Of a DNA stretch of 23,578 nucleotides, positions 21,061 through 23,578 are shown one piece after another (the stretch's first letter is position 1; each line of letters opens with the position of its first letter). The position numbers and the translations under genes were made by a program. The stretch is from assembly GCA_051942245.1 (NCBI GenBank), contig JAVECL010000035.1, forward strand, positions 62,001 through 85,578. Direction: 5' to 3'. This DNA is from Trypethelium eluteriae (lineage: Eukaryota). Below the pieces are notes generated by a model. It had not been told where the DNA came from. It searched no databases and was given only the letters and a program-made list of their open reading frames with translations.

Positions 21061-23578
21061 ATGAGCGAACAAAATGCTTTGAAGCCACAGACAGCCTCAT
21101 CGTTATCAAGCAATTCACCTCCATCGCCAGAGTCGCGCCCATCCGCCAGAGGTCACCGTGACTGGATCCCCACCACACCTTCGACATCCCCCAGCGGGGT
21201 TGCCTCGTCTTCTCAACCCTCGCGATCTCTCCGCAAGCCTTCGCCTCGTCTTCTGGAGCGCATGAAGTGGCTCGACTTTCACAAAAGCCGAGTTGTGTCC
21301 AGCCCCACATTTACGCAGGATAAGATTGGGCGAATACCGGAATGCCAATTACGCGAGCTTGAAAGCCTTCACCGAGACGACTCGATACGTATTGAACGCA
21401 GAGGACGGGCTTGGAGTGGGCTCCCGCCTCATTTGGACCTGCAGCCTTCAGAACCCTTCGATCAAGCTCTTTTAGGGTCAGACCTAGGAGATGTAGCCAG
21501 TGATCAGTCATCCATCATCAGCGTCAGCGAAAAGATCATGGCTTCGGATACTGAGGACAGCGAGGCCGGACTCGACACCAACAAATATCGCTTGCCAGAC
21601 TCTGAGAAGACACCTCTGGGATCTATCACCGTTAAGCCATTTACCCGAGATTCCAGCACCAATGGTAGTAGCCATTCTCCAGAACCTCGTCAAGATACGC
21701 CCACATCCGATGCCGGAACAATTCAACGCCATGATACAGATCGCTCAGCCGCGGAAGGATCGTCTGACTTTGAAAACTACATATCAAACTTCACGCATTC
21801 ACGAGCCCCTTCGATTTATACCCTCTCCCGCGCTTCGTTTTCAAGTCAGCTCGGCCAGTTGACAGCGATACAGCTCCCATCTGCCGCCTCGCTCTCTTCT
21901 AGCATATCCTCGATACCAACCTCGAACGCAGCTGCTAGGGCTTTGGATGATGCTGCTCAACAAATAAGAAGGTGGATACACCAAGCATCGCGAGTTCTGA
22001 GCGGTCTCAGTGCAGAGGATGATGTTGATTGGGCTGCAGCGGGCGGAAGGGAAGGTCTGGATGATGTCGATCAAGCTATCAATCGGTTTGAGACGCTCAT
22101 AAATGTCTATGTGTTGGCTATCGAAGAATTGGAACAACGGAAGGATATTGCCGAACTGCCTGCGGCGCAATTGCAGTCGGTCGTCTCAAGAATGGAGGAT
22201 ATAATGGTGGAATGGAAGAAAATCAAAGACAGTCTGAAGAGCGTCAAGGAGCAAGTGGAAACGGCCATGGAGTGGGAAGAGCTTTGGAATACTGTATTGG
22301 GTGAAATTGGACTCGAGGTTGAAGCACTTGCTCGATTGGTTTTTGAGATGGAAGAAAGACGCCACAGGAGTATTGCAAATGAGGCAGATCAACACCCAGG
22401 TCTGGATATCGGTGAGCTTGAGACCATCGTTGAAGAGACACCGAGTCGTACACAAGTTGCTGCTGGAAGCCACCGACTCAGTCTTCCCGATGTTGTGAGT
22501 TCACCGGCGTCGCCTTCACCCGCCCCAGTACCGCCTCTGGCAAAGGAAGACTCGAACCTTTTAGCCCTCTTCGCGCGAATGCAGCCTCTTCGAGCATCAC
22601 TAGACTTCTTGCCAATGCGGCTTTCTAGTTTCCAAAGCCGAGCAAATGCTTTGTTTCCGACTGCCTGTGAGGATCTTACGAAGAGAGAGGACGTCCTCGA
22701 AGAAAAATGGAGGAAGCTCGAAAACGATGCAGAATCTCTCAGAAGGGAATTGAGTGAGGACCAGTGGGTGATGATCTTCCGTAATGCTGGCAGGCAGGCA
22801 CAGAAGATGTGCGAGTCTGTCGAGAGGAGCTACAATAAACTGAGAGAAGCCTTGGATATTGGTGCCCAGAACAACAACATCCCGTCGACGGCGAAGAAGA
22901 TTGAGAGTTACGAGGCAAAGAAGATGCACTATGCTCCGGCTATTGAGAGGGTCCTTGCAATCATCGACCGCGGTGTTCGCGATCGCCTGACTGTCAATGG
23001 AGAGATCCTACGACTACAATCGGATATCAGACGGAGATGGTCCAACTTGCAAGATGACATGGTGGAGCTAAACAGCAGACTCGAAGAGTTCACAGCCTCG
23101 GCGAAGAGTCAACAGCTCCGTGATTCAATCTCTACTATCCTTTCGACTGAGCACTCAGCAAGTAGTAGCATGATAGAAACACCTGGCAGCTCCCCAGCCT
23201 CGTCAGTGATTCTCTTGAGCCGCAAAAACAGCGAGCACGAACCGTCCACACCTTACGCGAATGGAAAACGTCAAAGCAGTCTCACCCGCCGCACCTCCCG
23301 CTCAGGCGATCCTAGTAAGCGACACTCAAGTCTTCCTCTACGCTTCGGTCCTACCTCCTCTGCCGCTCGCAAATCCTCTATCGGCACGCCCACAAACGGC
23401 AATACGGCATCACCTTCTCGCCTTAGCGGCTCATCAACGCCTACCTCCAATCGCCCATCGCCACCTCAACCGACCTCCAATAAACCTCGCTGGAATGCCT
23501 CCACAAGCATGCGAGACACAGTCGTCGGCCACAACTTCAAGCCTCTCACCGTCACAACCCCCTCCCCCTACAAACGCC
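21061..23578 (+). CDS. KAR9: Karyogamy/spindle-orientation protein Kar9 (MigA-like), 3'-partial, more than 839 aa
   Basis: The frame is open from ATG 21061 (in-frame TGA upstream at 21031) to the window end. It contains SIYTLSRASFSSQL, DVDWAAAGGREGL, AMEWEELWNTVLGEIG, LLALFARMQPLRASLDFLPMRL and a Ser/Pro/basic tail with KPRWN. It is missing from the ORF track, presumably because its stop lies outside the window. Confidence 0.9.
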   Translation, partial: MSEQNALKPQTASSLSSNSPPSPESRPSARGHRDWIPTTPSTSPSGVASSSQPSRSLRKPSPRLLERMKWLDFHKSRVVSSPTFTQDKIGRIPECQLRELESLHRDDSIRIERRGRAWSGLPPHLDLQPSEPFDQALLGSDLGDVASDQSSIISVSEKIMASDTEDSEAGLDTNKYRLPDSEKTPLGSITVKPFTRDSSTNGSSHSPEPRQDTPTSDAGTIQRHDTDRSAAEGSSDFENYISNFTHSRAPSIYTLSRASFSSQLGQLTAIQLPSAASLSSSISSIPTSNAAARALDDAAQQIRRWIHQASRVLSGLSAEDDVDWAAAGGREGLDDVDQAINRFETLINVYVLAIEELEQRKDIAELPAAQLQSVVSRMEDIMVEWKKIKDSLKSVKEQVETAMEWEELWNTVLGEIGLEVEALARLVFEMEERRHRSIANEADQHPGLDIGELETIVEETPSRTQVAAGSHRLSLPDVVSSPASPSPAPVPPLAKEDSNLLALFARMQPLRASLDFLPMRLSSFQSRANALFPTACEDLTKREDVLEEKWRKLENDAESLRRELSEDQWVMIFRNAGRQAQKMCESVERSYNKLREALDIGAQNNNIPSTAKKIESYEAKKMHYAPAIERVLAIIDRGVRDRLTVNGEILRLQSDIRRRWSNLQDDMVELNSRLEEFTASAKSQQLRDSISTILSTEHSASSSMIETPGSSPASSVILLSRKNSEHEPSTPYANGKRQSSLTRRTSRSGDPSKRHSSLPLRFGPTSSAARKSSIGTPTNGNTASPSRLSGSSTPTSNRPSPPQPTSNKPRWNASTSMRDTVVGHNFKPLTVTTPSPYKR

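Noticed and set aside
21041..22929. Short ORFs listed across the KAR9 region
   Set aside because: Off-frame or antisense to the long KAR9 frame.
1..23578. CRISPR arrays, tRNA/rRNA genes, transposase or retroelement ORFs
   Set aside because: None seen by eye. Small palindromes (cgatcatgatcg near 2482, cctgac..gtcagg near 11531) are at chance level.

Overview
This is eukaryotic DNA from a filamentous ascomycete, with short GT-AG introns and CTRAY-type branch sites, so the ORF track fragments most genes. I reconstructed 8 protein-coding loci by hand. The left part looks accessory. It holds a 4-exon secreted Gly/Leu-repeat protein (52-780,+), a PTH11-like/fungal rhodopsin-family membrane protein (2062-3248,-) and a divergent 6-exon S8 subtilase (5000-6673,+). 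It also holds a cation/H+ antiporter broken by one in-frame TAG (7072-8904,-) with three short uORFs upstream, and a 340-bp TIR element (MITE) flanked by TA (10634-10973). The right part looks core: a secreted GH128 beta-1,3-glucanase-like protein (12421-13893,+), VTC4 (14763-17724,+), a secreted beta-lactamase-fold serine hydrolase (18352-20403,+) and KAR9 (21061 to the window end,+; absent from the ORF track). The best leads are the antiporter's internal stop and uORF leader, the MITE, and the Gly-rich secreted precursor. Family calls rest on motif recognition only; no searches were run.
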